From: an uncultured Acidimicrobiales bacterium
GTDB taxonomy: Bacteria; Actinomycetota; Acidimicrobiia; Acidimicrobiales; VFJN01
Direction: 5' to 3'
NCBI GenBank assembly: GCA_963778415.1
Contig: CAVZUI010000002.1
Span: forward strand, 124,643-188,642
Length of the DNA: 64,000 nucleotides
Shown here: positions 1 through 10,420 of the stretch, one piece after another
Layout: each line of letters begins with the position of its first letter
Numbering within the stretch: the stretch's first letter is position 1
The notes under the pieces: generated by a model
Databases searched by the model: none
Seen by the model: only the letters and a program-made list of their open reading frames with translations
What the model was told of the DNA's origin: nothing
Translations under genes and position numbers: made by a program

Positions 1-392
1 TGGACGGGGCCGGCCCGGCGTTCTGCAGCGGGGGCGACCTCGACGAGTTCGGCACCCGGCCCGACCCGGCGACGGCGCACCTCGTCCGCCTCGGGCGCAG
101 TGCGGGGCGTGCGCTGCACCTGGTGGCGGACCGGGTCACGGCCCGCGTGCACGGCCCGTCGGTCGGATCGGGGGTCGAGCTGGCGGCGTTCGCCGGTCGG
201 GTCGAGGCCCGGGCGGACGCGACGTTCGCCCTGCCCGAGGTGGCGATGGGCCTGGTGCCGGGGGCCGGTGGCACGGTGAGCATCGCGGCCCGCATCGGGC
301 GCCATCGCACGGCCTGGCTGGCGCTGACCGGCGAGCGGATCGACGTCGCGACGGCGCTGGCCTGGGGGCTCGTCGACGAGATCGTCGCATGA
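1..392 (+). CDS. enoyl-CoA hydratase/isomerase (crotonase) family protein, 5'-truncated by the window edge
   Basis: Frame 3 from nt 3 reads DGAGPAFCSGGDLDEFGT. It continues into ORF 123..392 (ALPEVAMGLVPGAGGT...ALAWGLVDEIVA*). These are crotonase-fold style motifs. Confidence 0.8.
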   Translation, partial: DGAGPAFCSGGDLDEFGTRPDPATAHLVRLGRSAGRALHLVADRVTARVHGPSVGSGVELAAFAGRVEARADATFALPEVAMGLVPGAGGTVSIAARIGRHRTAWLALTGERIDVATALAWGLVDEIVA

Positions 393-481
393 GGCGACGG
401 CGGCGGCGCGGGTCGCCCGTGCGCAGGGCGCCACCGTCGATCGCCGGATCCAGCCATGACGTGAGTGTTAGATTTCGGGCG

Positions 482-2416
482 ATGGGGGGAATCGTTCGGT
501 TGGCCTCGACGGTGGCGGCCGCCGCGGTCGTCGCCGCGACCGTGGGCTGCGCCGATGACGGCGGGGACGGTGCGACAGAGGCCATCGACGAGTGCGACTG
601 GCCGACGTGGGGTCGCACGCCCGAGCGCACGTTCTCGTACGCCTGCGACACCGCCATCGCTCCCGACACCGTCGGCGACCTGCGCCAGGACTGGTTCTTC
701 GCCACCGACGACGCCGTGACCGCGACGCCCGCCGTCGTCGACGGCACGGTCTACGTGGGCGACTGGTCGGGCCGCTTCTACGCCATCGACCTCGACAGCG
801 GCGAGCTCGACTGGTCGTTCACCGCCGAGCCGCACGCCAGGGTGTACGCCGGCCAGATCGTCGGCTCGGCCACCGTGGCCGACGTCCGCGGCACCCGCAC
901 GGTCTACGTCCCGAGCGGCGAGACGCTCTACGCCCTGGGGGCCGACGACGGCGCGGTGCGGTGGGAGCGCGACCTCGGCCGGCCCGAGGGCGACGACGAC
1001 CCCACCGAGATCGAGAGCTCGCCCGCGGTCGTCGACGGCCTCGTGATCGTCGGCACCGACGTCCACAACTCGCCCGACGGGACCGTCGCCGGCGTCGTCG
1101 CCCTCGACGCCGCCACCGGCGCCCGGCGGTGGGAGACGACCACGGCGCCCACGTCGGGCTCCGGCGCCACCGGTCCCGGCTGCGGCGACGTGTGGGGGTC
1201 GCCCAGCGTCGACCTCGACCGCCGGCTCGTGTTCGTCGGCACCGGGAACTGCACGTCGGCCGAGGGCTGGGGCGACGCCTCCGAGGCGCTGCTGGCGCTC
1301 GACCTCGACACCGGCGAGCGGGTCTGGACCTACCAGCCCCACGAGCAGAACCTCGACGACCTCGACTTCGCCGGTGCGCCGAACCTGTTCGAGATCGAGG
1401 GCCGGGCGGTGGTCGGCCTCGGCAACAAGGACGCCACCTACTACGTGGTCGACCGCGCCACGGGCGAGCCCGTGTGGCAGCGGAAGGTGGCGGAGCCCGG
1501 GGTGGCCGAGGAGGGCGAGAACTACTCGTTCGGCGGGTTCATCGGCCCGACCGCCGTCGCGGACGGCACGGTCGTCGGGGGCACCGCGGTGGGCGGCTCG
1601 CCGCACCTGCACGCCCTCGACGCCGAGACCGGCGAGGTGCGGTGGCAGCAGGGCGAGGCGGGCCCCACGTTCGCGGCGGCGCTCGAGGTGAACGGCGTCG
1701 TGTTCCTCGGCGGGACCGACTACACGCTGCGGGCCGTGGACCTGGCGGGCGGCGACGTCCTGTGGGCCCAGCAGATGCAGGGCGCGGTCTCGGGCGGTGC
1801 GGTCGTGGCGGGGGACGACGTGGTGGCCGTCGCCGGCATGCGCGAGCCCGGGTCCAGCGAGCCCAGCCAGACCGCCGGCGTGTACAGGTTCTCGCTCGCC
1901 GATCCCGACGACCCGGCCACCACCGCCACGACGGCGCCCGCGGCCACCGGCACCGTGCCCACCGGCCCCGTCGACCCGGCCGCGCTCGCCCAGCCGTGCG
2001 TGGCCGCGCCGTGCCCGCTCGACTTCACGCTCACCGCCGAGCGGGTCGGCGGGCAGGTCGGATCGGGGACGCTGCACATCTCGGCCGACCCCTTCCGCAT
2101 CGAGGTCGACGCCGAGGGGCTCGGCGACCCCACCCGGTGGTTGCGCCCCGGCAGCGCGGCGGCGTCCGCCGGCGCCAGCGTGTTCGCCGTCTTCATGTCG
2201 CAGGGCACCGACGACCCGGTGGGCGGGCTCGTGTGCGTGCTCGACGAGGACTTCGACTGCACCGGCGACGAGATCCCCAACCCCGGCACCGCCTACGACC
2301 GCGTCAGCATCCTCGCGGTCGACGACCCCGGCGAGTTCCCGCCGATCGCCGAGGGGTTCGACCGGATGGCGGCCACCAACTCGCTCGCCGTCCCGTTCGC
2401 CCCACGGGACGGCTGA
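482..2416 (+). CDS. PQQ-like / BamB-like beta-propeller repeat lipoprotein with an extra C-terminal domain
   Basis: ORF 389..2416. Internal ATG 482 gives a signal peptide plus lipobox (MGGIVRLASTVAAAAVVAATVGC|ADD). Blade motifs recur (AVVDGTVYVGDWSGRFYAIDLDSGELDW, VVDGLVIVGT, ALDAATGARRW, AVDLAGGDVLW). Intact over 1.9 kb. Confidence 0.75.
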   Translation: MGGIVRLASTVAAAAVVAATVGCADDGGDGATEAIDECDWPTWGRTPERTFSYACDTAIAPDTVGDLRQDWFFATDDAVTATPAVVDGTVYVGDWSGRFYAIDLDSGELDWSFTAEPHARVYAGQIVGSATVADVRGTRTVYVPSGETLYALGADDGAVRWERDLGRPEGDDDPTEIESSPAVVDGLVIVGTDVHNSPDGTVAGVVALDAATGARRWETTTAPTSGSGATGPGCGDVWGSPSVDLDRRLVFVGTGNCTSAEGWGDASEALLALDLDTGERVWTYQPHEQNLDDLDFAGAPNLFEIEGRAVVGLGNKDATYYVVDRATGEPVWQRKVAEPGVAEEGENYSFGGFIGPTAVADGTVVGGTAVGGSPHLHALDAETGEVRWQQGEAGPTFAAALEVNGVVFLGGTDYTLRAVDLAGGDVLWAQQMQGAVSGGAVVAGDDVVAVAGMREPGSSEPSQTAGVYRFSLADPDDPATTATTAPAATGTVPTGPVDPAALAQPCVAAPCPLDFTLTAERVGGQVGSGTLHISADPFRIEVDAEGLGDPTRWLRPGSAAASAGASVFAVFMSQGTDDPVGGLVCVLDEDFDCTGDEIPNPGTAYDRVSILAVDDPGEFPPIAEGFDRMAATNSLAVPFAPRDG

Positions 2417-2432
2417 AGGAGGGAACACACCC

Positions 2433-3584
2433 ATGACCCTGCGCCGACTCACCACCGCCCTCGTGGTGGCCCTGCTCCTCGCGGCGGGCTGCGGTGACGA
2501 CGACGACGGCGGCGACTCCGACGCCGGGGCCGCCAGCGGGGACACCCCCACCGAGGAGGCCGCCGGGACCGGCGCACCGATCGTGTTCAGCACCGAGGGC
2601 AACAACCTCAACGCCTACGTGGGCGAGGAGCCGTTCGAGAAGCAGACCGTCATCGCCACCGTGGCCGACGACCCCGACGGCATGGACATCAACGGCCAGC
2701 TGTGCTTCTTCCCCGACGATCCGCACCGCCTGATCGCCGGCGAGGACACGGGCCAGCCCGAGCGCACGCCCGGCTGGGGGATCTTCGAGATCGACGGCGA
2801 CCGGGTCGGCGACCTGTCGGCCACCGAGGTCGGGCGGCTCGTCCCCAGCTACCAGGACGACCCCGACAACTACGGCTGCGGCGTGCTCTCCGACGGCCGG
2901 GTGGTGACCACCGACCTGGGCAACAAGGTCGAGGGCCCGCCGAGCGGGCAGCTCATCGTGTGGTTCCCACCGTTCGACAACGAGGAGGTGAGCTACTGCA
3001 AGCTCGACATCACGCTGCCGACCCCGGGCGGCATCGTGGTCGACGACGACGACACGCTCTACGTCGCCACCGCCCGCCCACCCGGCAACGGCGTCTTCCG
3101 GTTCACGGGGCCGTTCCCCACGTCGGCCGACGCGGACGGCGGCTGCGGGGGCACCGACCCGCTGGGGGCGCCGATGGCGGACAGCGTCGACAAGGAGCTG
3201 TTCATCCCCGCCGACGACCACGCGCTCACGCCCAACGCCCTGGCGGTCGACGCCGACGGGACGTTCTACCTGTCCAGCGCGTTCACCGGCACCATCGCCC
3301 GCTACGCGGCCGACGGCACCTACGTCGACACGGTGGTGGCCCCGTCGCCGTCCGAGGCGTTCGGCGCCGAGGCCCGACCGAGCGGGTCCCCGTTCGGGCT
3401 GGCCGTGCTGGACGACGGCACGATCTTCTGGGCGGACCTCGGGCTCGGCATCAGCGACGGCGGCGTCGGGCCGCTCGACGGCCAGGGCAGCGTGCGCCGG
3501 TACGACCCGGCGGCCGGCGCGCCGTCGGCCGTGATGGACGAAGGCCTGGACTTCCCCGACGGCATCGGGATCTACCGGCCGTGA
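2433..3584 (+). CDS. secreted lipoprotein, probable beta-propeller fold (family not identified)
   Basis: ORF 1797..3584. Real start is ATG 2433, preceded by GAAGGAGGG (2416-2424). Lipoprotein signal MTLRRLTTALVVALLLAAGC|GDD. Strand motifs recur (DDTLYVAT, DGTFYLSS, DGTIFWADLG). Intact. Confidence 0.6.
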   Translation: MTLRRLTTALVVALLLAAGCGDDDDGGDSDAGAASGDTPTEEAAGTGAPIVFSTEGNNLNAYVGEEPFEKQTVIATVADDPDGMDINGQLCFFPDDPHRLIAGEDTGQPERTPGWGIFEIDGDRVGDLSATEVGRLVPSYQDDPDNYGCGVLSDGRVVTTDLGNKVEGPPSGQLIVWFPPFDNEEVSYCKLDITLPTPGGIVVDDDDTLYVATARPPGNGVFRFTGPFPTSADADGGCGGTDPLGAPMADSVDKELFIPADDHALTPNALAVDADGTFYLSSAFTGTIARYAADGTYVDTVVAPSPSEAFGAEARPSGSPFGLAVLDDGTIFWADLGLGISDGGVGPLDGQGSVRRYDPAAGAPSAVMDEGLDFPDGIGIYRP

Positions 3585-5335
3585 CCGGCGACGACGCCGT
3601 GGCCCCCGACGCCGGGACACCCGCGGACACGCTGCTGGCCGCGGCCGCCGAGACCACGACGGCCGTGCCCGACGACCACGGCGGGCTGGCGGTCGCCCGG
3701 GTCCTCGCCGACGCGGGCGTGGAGACGGTGTTCTTCCTGCCCGGCGGGCACATCGCCCCGGTGGTGAACGGCTGCGCGCGCCTCGGCATCCGCACGGTGA
3801 GCACCCGCCACGAGAGCGGCGCGGTGCACATGGCCGAGGCCTGGGCGCGCTGCACCGGGCGGACCGGCGTGGCCGCGGTGACCGCCGGGCCCGGGTTCAC
3901 CAACGCCGTGACCGGGCTGGCCAACGCCGAGGCCACCGGCATCCCGGTCGCGGTCCTCGGCGGCCGCACGCCGCTCGCCCTCCGCGGCCGCGGCGCGGTG
4001 CAGGACGTCGAGCAGGAGGCCGTGGCCCGCGTCGTCGCCAAGTGGGCCCGGGCGGTGACCGACCCGGCGCTGATCGAACCGATCGTCCGCCAGGCGCTGG
4101 CGGTCGCCCGCAGCGGCCGCCCGGGATCGGCCTACGTGGAGCTGCCCACCGACGTGCTGCTGGCGCCGGCGCCCGAGCATGCCGGCCCCCCGCCGTCGGC
4201 CTCCCCCGAGCGCAGCCTCCCGCCGCAGGCCGACGCCGGCCGCGGTCGACCGGGCGGTCGCCCTGCTGAGGAGCGCCGAGCGGCCCGTCGTCGTGGCCGG
4301 CGGCGGGGCGTTCTGGGCGGGCGCCGAGGCCGGCCCTGCGCCGCTTCGTCGAGGCGTCCGGCCTCCCCGTCACCACCACCAGCCACGCGCGCGGGCTGCT
4401 CCCCGACGCCCACCCCGGGTGCCTCGGTTCGCTGCTCCACGGCGGAGTCGCGGTGGCGCTGGCCGACGTGGTGCTCGTGGTCGGCAGCCGGTTCAACGGC
4501 AACCTGCTCTTCGGCGGCCCGCCGCTGTGGAACGCCGACCAGACGATCGTGATGATCGACCACGACCCCGCCGCCTTCGCGCTGAACCGTCCGCCCACGC
4601 TCGGGCTGCACGGCGACGCCGCCGCCGTGCTCGACCAGCTGGCCGCCGCCTGGACCGGCGAGCCGCGCTCGGCGTGGGCCGCCGAGGCGCGCTCGTGGGC
4701 CGAGGGCAGCCGGGCCCAGTGGGCGGCCCAGACAGAGGGACCGGCCACCGGCGTCCACCCCGGCGCGCTCGCCCGCGCCGTCGGCGACTTCGCCGCCGAG
4801 CAGGGCCCCGGCGTCGACGGCCGTGCTCGACGGCGGCGACATCCTCGGGTGGGGCCTGGCGTTCATCCGGGCCGAGGAGCCCGGGTCGATGCTGTTCACC
4901 AGCGACGCGCTCGGCACGATCGGTGTCGGGGTGCCCTACGCGGTCGGGGCGGCCCTCGCCCGCCCCGACGGACCGACCGTGGCCCTCGTCGGCGACGGCG
5001 CCTTCGGGCTGTCGGCGATGGAGATCGAGACCGCCGTCCGGGCCGGGGCGGCGCCGGTCATCGTCGTGTCGAACAACGCGTCGTGGGGCGACGTGCGCTA
5101 CGAGGAGGGCGAGTGGTTCGGCGACAGCGTCGGCACCGACCTGACGCCCGCACGCTACGACCTGCTGTGCGCCGCGCTCGGCGGCCACGGCGAGCGGGTC
5201 GAGTCGCTCGACGAGCTGCGCCCGGCCCTCGAACGGGCGCTGGCCTCGGGCGTCGTCAGCGTGGTCGACGTGCGCACCGACCCCGATCGCCCCAACGAGG
5301 TCCTGCGCAGCATGGGCGCGCTGGGCCTGCAGTAG
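3581..5335 (+). pseudogene. thiamine-pyrophosphate-dependent enzyme (acetolactate-synthase-like family), frameshifted as sequenced
   Basis: Pieces lie in three frames. ORF 2702..4552: GVETVFFLPGGHIAPV, GPGFTNAVTGLANA. ORF 4179..5144: AVDRAVALLRSAERPVVVAGGG. ORF 4453..5484: VVLVVGSRFNGNLLF. ORF 4823..5335: GTIGVGVPYAVGAALA, LVGDGAFG. Frame changes near 4220, 4340 and 4815. GTG 3581 overlaps the upstream stop (GTGA). Confidence 0.8.
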
Positions 5336-5344
5336 GACCCGCCC

Positions 5345-5905
5345 TCAGTCGTCGCCGCTCCCCGGGCCGGAGCTGTCGCGTCGTCGTCCGTCGTCCGGCC
5401 GAGCTGTCGCGTCGTCGCCGTCCCCACGGGCGGCATCCATCGCCTCGAGGGCCGCGACCAGGACGTCGGCCTCGTCGTCGCTGAGGCGGGCCCCGCGGTG
5501 GATCATCGTGTACCGGCCGGGTGGCATGGCCCCGTCCACGATGGCCTCGGCGGCGTCGTCGGCCTCGCCGTCGTCGCGGTCCCACCGCGAGAAGTTGAGC
5601 TCGTCCCGCCCGTCCTCGACGTCTCGGCGGACCAGCCACGAGAACGGCGCCACGTACGAGTAGGCGGGCCAGTCGGTCTCGTTGCTGTGGCAGGCGTAGC
5701 AGGACTCGCGGGCGATGGCCGCGCTCTCGGCGTCGGGCCAGGGCGCATCCTGGACGACCGGCGGGTTCGGGTGGGACCACCCGTACGGCACCAGCTGGAG
5801 GGCGACGAACACCGCGACCCCCGCGACCAGGCCGATCCGCACGACACGGCGCCACCGGCTCCTCGCGTGAGGAGGTGCTGCGCCGCTCGCCTCGGATCCG
5901 CTCAT
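5345..5905 (-). CDS. heme-binding-domain membrane-anchored protein (CxxCH)
   Basis: ORF 5345..5905. N-terminal TM helix ([19 protein letters not shown]). [13 protein letters not shown] contains a CxxCH motif. Resembles Haem_bd-type domain proteins. Intact. Confidence 0.65.
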   Translation of the reverse strand: MSGSEASGAAPPHARSRWRRVVRIGLVAGVAVFVALQLVPYGWSHPNPPVVQDAPWPDAESAAIARESCYACHSNETDWPAYSYVAPFSWLVRRDVEDGRDELNFSRWDRDDGEADDAAEAIVDGAMPPGRYTMIHRGARLSDDEADVLVAALEAMDAARGDGDDATARPDDGRRRDSSGPGSGDD

Positions 5906-5997
5906 GGGACAGGACGTACCCCGTCGGCGGCGGTGTCGTCCACCGCACCCGGTGTTCCCAATCGGAACTCGGGCACGCAGCAGTAGGCTTGCGGCTC

Positions 5998-7019
5998 GTG
6001 AACACGCCCTCCGACGCCGACGAAGCCGTCCGGGCCACGCCCGAGCCCGGGTCCCTCACCGGAGCCGACCTCGACCGGGCGCTCGAGTCGCACCGCCGCG
6101 AGCTCACCGGCTTCTGCTACCGCATGCTCGGCTCGGGCTCCGAGGCCGAGGACGCCGTGCAGGAGACGATGGTCCGGGCCTGGCGGGCCATCGACGGCTT
6201 CGAGGGCCGGTCGTCGCTGCGGTCGTGGCTGTACCGCATCGCCAACAACGTGTGCATCGACATGCTCCGCAGCCCGCAGCGCCGGGCCCGGCCGATGGAG
6301 ATGGGCCCGTCCACGCCGGTGGCCGAGGCCAAGGCGATCGAGCCGCGGCCCGAGCACGCCTTCGTCCAGCCGATGGCCGACGAGCAGGTGATCGACCTCC
6401 GACGGCGACCCGGCCGACGGTCGCCGCGGCCCGCGAGTCGATCCGGCTGGCGTTCGTCGCCGCCCTGCAGCACCTGCCGGCCCGCCAGCGGTCGGTGCTC
6501 ATCCTCTGCGAGGTGCTGCGCTGGCAGGCGACCGAGGTCGCCGAGCTGCTCGACACCAGCGTCGCCTCGGTCAACAGCGCGCTGCAGCGGGCCCGGGCCA
6601 CGCTGGCGGCCAGCCAGGGCGAGCAGCTCGACCCCACCGTCGACCCCGAGCACCAGGCGCTGCTCGCCCGCTACGTCGACGCCTTCGAGCGCTACGACAT
6701 CCCCACGCTCGTCGACGCTGCTGCGCGACGACGTCGATCCTGTCGATGCCGCCGTTCGACCTGTGGCTGGTGGGGCCCGACGACCTCGCCGGCTGGTTTC
6801 TCGGCGAGGGCATCGTGTGCAAGGACGGCCGGCTGCTGCCGGTCGACGTCAACGGCACCGCCGGCTTCGGCAACTACCACAAGGTCGGCCCGGACCGGTG
6901 GGAGCCGTGGGCCATCCAGGTGATCGAGGTCGCCGACGGCAAGATCGTCGGCCACCACAACTTCCTCGTACCCCGAGCTGTTCGCCGACTTCGGCCTGCC
7001 CGCCTACATCGAGGCCTGA
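5998..7019 (+). pseudogene. ECF-type sigma-70 factor with C-terminal SnoaL-like extension, frameshifted as sequenced
   Basis: ORF 5875..7389: [63 protein letters not shown] 5904..6923: [51 protein letters not shown]...[13 protein letters not shown] 6746..7570: [17 protein letters not shown]...[17 protein letters not shown]. The last 16 codons [15 protein letters not shown] are in another frame. Shifts near 6400, 6725 and 6965. GTG start 5998. Confidence 0.8.
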
Positions 7020-8113
7020 GGGGCGGCCGGCCCCGCGTGGTCGGCCGGCCCCGCCTGCTCGATCGGTCGGGCCGGAGACCCGCCGGCCGGAGACCCGAGG
7101 GCCGGAGTTCCGTCGGCGGGGCGCGACCGCAGTGCCCGCCACAGGGCCCGGTAGCTGGGGTACTCGAGGCCGGGCACGACCCAGCCGGCGGCGACCAGCT
7201 CGGCGTGCAGGCGGGGCAGGTTCCGCCACGGCACGCCCATGTCGACGTGGTGGGCGAGGTGCCAGCCGGTGTGGAACGGCACGAGCACGAACCGGGCCGC
7301 CCACGTCTGGCGGACGTGGTGGGTGGTCAGCCGGCGGTCGCGCGAGGCGGTCATGCCGCCGTGCTCGGCGATGGCCCGCAGCCGGTTGATGACCCGCCAC
7401 ACGGTCATCCACGGCGCCAGCCACAGGAACAGGTACAGCTCGGGACGGCCGATGAGCGTCAGCGGCACGAGCACGCAGGAGCTGGCCGGCGACGATCCGC
7501 AGGGCGACCGGGCGCGCCGAGCGGCTGCGCAGCGCCTGGAGCAGGCCCCGCAGGTTCTTCCACCCGCTGACGCCCACCGCGTCGCGCCGCAGCTTGCGCC
7601 GGAACGACGCCCGGGTGACCGGGTAGCCCGACGTAGAGGTTCATGTCGGGCTCGTTCGGCCCGAACTCCTCGCGGTGGTGGGCGAAGTGCGACGCGGCGG
7701 TAGACGTCGAACGGCACGAGCGCCGGGTAGGCCAGGAGCCACCGCCCGACGAAGTCGTTCCACCGCTTGTTGGTGAACAGCAGCTTGTGGGCGGCCTCGT
7801 GGGCGAGGATGGCGAAGCGGGCGTGCACCGGGCCCATGAGCAGGAAGGCGGCCACCCAGGCCACCGGGTTGTCGAGCCAGATGGCGGCGCCGATCGTGAC
7901 CACGGGCTGGGCGAGCGTCAGCAGCACGCTGCCGACGTTGCGCAGGTCGTCGATGCGGCGCAGCTCGGTGCGGATCTCGGGCACCGGCTTGCCGCTGGCC
8001 GTCAGCCGGTCGGTCGGGAGGACGTCGACCAGCAGGGACGGCGCGGGCAGCATGGTGGGGGCGGTCGCCGTTGCCGTTGCTGTCGCGTCGGTCGCCGCGT
8101 CGGTCGCCGTCAT
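7004..8113 (-). pseudogene. membrane fatty-acid desaturase family protein, frameshifted as sequenced
   Basis: ORF 7004..8329 from ATG 8113. His boxes: HEAAHK, H-F-A-H-H (restored by dropping one g near 7680) and GWHLAHHVD. The middle part is read from ORFs 7459..7644 (MNLYVG) and 6849..7577 (VSGWKNLRGLLQALRS). At least 3 single-base shifts between 7450 and 7690. The 3' end overlaps the convergent sigma gene by 16 nt. Confidence 0.8.
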
Positions 8114-8174
8114 GGGCGCCAGCGTAGCCGCCGTGTTACACATCTGTCGACACGCGCAGGTAGAACGTAAGCCG

Positions 8175-8949
8175 ATGGCGATCGAGCGCAAGCCCATGAC
8201 GGCCCGATCGGTGGTGGCGTCGACGCTGCTCGGCGTCGAGCCGCCGCGGCTCCCGACGCGCATCCTCGTCCGGTCGGGCGAGCTGTTCGGCATCGCCGAG
8301 GGCACCACCCGGGTGGCGCTGTCGCGCATGGTGTCCGCGGGGGAGCTGCGCCCCGACGACGACGGCTACCAGCTGGCCGGCCGGCTGCTCGACCGCCAGG
8401 CCCGCCAGACCGCCAGCCGGCGGGCGGCGACCGAGACGTGGGACGGGACGTGGGAGCTGGCCGTCGTCCGCAGCGGAGGCGCCCGGCGGGCGGCCGACCG
8501 GGCGGCGCTGCGGCACGGCGCTCGCCGACCTGCGGCTCGCGGAGCTGCGCGAGGGGGTGTGGTTGCGCCCGGCCAACCTGCCGGCCGACCGCTCGCCCGA
8601 GGCCCGGGCGCTGGCCGCGGGTCAGTGCCTGTGGGGACGCCACGCCGCGCTCGAGCCGGCGCCCGACCCGGCCGACCTGTGGGACCTCGCCGCCTGGTCC
8701 GCCGACGCCCGGGCGCTCCAGGCCGAGCTGACCGACCTGCTGCCCCGGTTCGAGGCCGGCGACACGAGCGCGCTGGGCGTGGGGTTCGTCACGTCGGCCG
8801 CCGTCCTGCGCCTGCTGCAGCGCGACCCGCTGCTGCCCGCCGAGCTGCAGCCGCCGGGGTGGCCCGGCGAGGACCTGCGCCGGGCCTACGACCGCTACGA
8901 CGCCGCCTACCGGGCGGTGTGGACCGGTTGGTTCCGCCGCCACACCTGA
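8175..8949 (+). pseudogene. PaaX-family transcriptional regulator, one frameshift as sequenced
   Basis: ORF 7767..8984 from ATG 8175: TARSVVASTLLGVEPPRLPTRILVRSGELFGIAEGTTRVALSRMVSAGEL. C-terminal half in ORF 8557..8949: WLRPANLPADR...LLQRDPLLPAELQPPGWPGEDLRRAY. Shift near 8520. Confidence 0.75.
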
Positions 8950-8971
8950 CCCGGGCTCCCGGTGGTCGGGT

Positions 8972-9058
8972 GGCGAGGCGATAGGTTCCGGACGGCCGAG
9001 CGCGAGGTCATTGGTTCCGGATCCGGAACTGTGACCTCGTCCTCGGACGAGCGGAACT
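8972..9058 (-). repeat. family-1 nested-hairpin intergenic repeat, copy A (core GGTTCCGGATCCGGAAC)
   Basis: The reverse complement aligns over ~87 nt with copies at 10421..10509 and 59823..59909. It lies in the convergent gap between the PaaX stop (8949) and the 9071 gene stop. Confidence 0.85.
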
Positions 9059-9070
9059 CATCGCCTCGGG

Positions 9071-10060
9071 TCAGGGCGACTCGAGCTTGGCCACGCGGGC
9101 CTCGGCCTTGGCGAGGGCGGCGGCCGCCTCGTCGCGGCGGCGGGTCGCGGGCCGCGGCCTCGCGGCGGGCCGCGGTGGCGACGCGGGCCACCTCGAGGGC
9201 GCGGTCGCGGGCGATGTCGGCCTGCCGGGCGGCCTCCTCGGCGGCGTCCCGGGCCGTCCCGCTCGTCGGACTCGGCCGCGGCCACGGCGCCCGTCGCCTC
9301 GTCGAGCGCGCCTCGGCGACTCGCAGGGCCTCCTCGGCGTCGGCCACGGCGCGCCGGGCGGCGACGAGGGCCTTCGGCTCGGCCTTGCGGCGTCTTCCCC
9401 GCGGCCTCGAGACTCGCGGCCTCGGCCGCCGGCGCCCCGGGAGCGGTCGCCGCCGGCGGCCCCGGCGCGAGGCCTCGGCCGCGACGCTCCGAGGCGCGGC
9501 CGGCGGGGCGCTCGGCCCGGGCGCGCTCGGGTGGCGGCGCGGCGGTGGCGCCGCCCAGCCCGGCCAGCCCGAGCCCGCCGCCGGCGGGCACGTCGACCAA
9601 CCGCACGGCTCGCAGGGCGGCGAGGGCCTCGGGGTCGGCCAGCACGGCCCGGACGGCGGCGCCCAGCGTGGAGGCGTCGGGCGGGCCGGTCCTCGTCCGG
9701 CGACCGCGGCCACCGTGGCGTCGGTGACCGCCCGCTCCGCGTCCGCGGAGGGCGTCGAGGGCGCCGCGGACGTCGCCGCCGTCGGACTGGGCCTCGCCCA
9801 CCCGTCGACCGCGGCGGCCAGGTCGTCGACCGCGCTCGGGTCGGCCAGGGCGCCCGCGTTCGAGGGCCCGCGCCACCGCCTTGGGCTTGCGCAGCGCCTT
9901 GACCTCGGCGGATCTCGTCGGCCGTCCCGGCGGCCCGCAGCGCCCGGACGAGGGCGTCCCGCCCGGCCACGAACTCGTCGGGCGGCCCGGCGAACAGGGC
10001 GGCGACGGCGGCGTCGAGGTCGATGCCGTCGTCGTCGTCGTCGCGGTCGGCCGTCGCCAC
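9071..10060 (-). pseudogene. conserved hypothetical Ala/Arg-rich coiled-coil protein, multiply frameshifted as sequenced
   Basis: ORF 9071..10060 start: VATADRDDDDDGIDLDAAVAALFAGPPDEFVAGRDALVRALRAAG. Middle in ORF 9058..10164: EVKALRKPKAVA, LGAAVRAVLADPEALAALRAVRLVDVPAGG. Also ORF 8907..9713: KAEPKALVAARRAVADAEEALRVAEAR, ARDAAEEAARQADIARDRALEVARV. End: DEAAAALAKAEARVAKLESP*. Confidence 0.5.
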
Positions 10061-10095
10061 GCCCCCAGCGTGCCAGAGGCCACTACCCTCCGGCC

Positions 10096-10397
10096 GTGGC
10101 CTTGTACGAGACCGACGCCGACGGCGGCGTGGTGCTGCCCGTGTACGTCCAGCCCGGCGCCCACGCCGCGGCCTGGCCGGCCGCTACGGCGACATGGTCA
10201 AGGTGCGGGTGGCGGCGCCGGCCGAGCGCAACCGGGCGAACGACGCGGTGTGCCACCTGATCGCCGACGAGCTGGGCGTGCGCCCGACCGACGTGGACGT
10301 GGTCACCGGCCGCACCAGCCGACGCAAGCGCGTGCGCGTCCACGGCGTCGACACGGCCACGGTGGACGGCTGGCTGGCCACCCACGGCCTCGCCTGA
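10096..10397 (+). pseudogene. DUF167 (YggU-like) family protein, one frameshift as sequenced
   Basis: GTG 10096 gives VALYETDADGGVVLPVYVQPGA (frame of ORF 8962..10260). It continues in ORF 10023..10397: GRYGDMVKVRVAAPAERNRANDAVCHLIADELGVRPTDVDVVTGRTSRRKRVRV. Shift near 10175. Confidence 0.7.
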
Positions 10398-10420
10398 CCG
10401 CCGGTCGACCCGAGGCAGTC

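Noticed and set aside
7070-7114. 15-bp tandem repeat x3 (GGCCGGAGACCCGCC, GGCCGGAGACCCGAG, GGCCGGAGTTCCGTC)
   Set aside because: It lies within the C-terminal coding region of the desaturase and encodes a [10 protein letters not shown] low-complexity tail. It is not an intergenic element.
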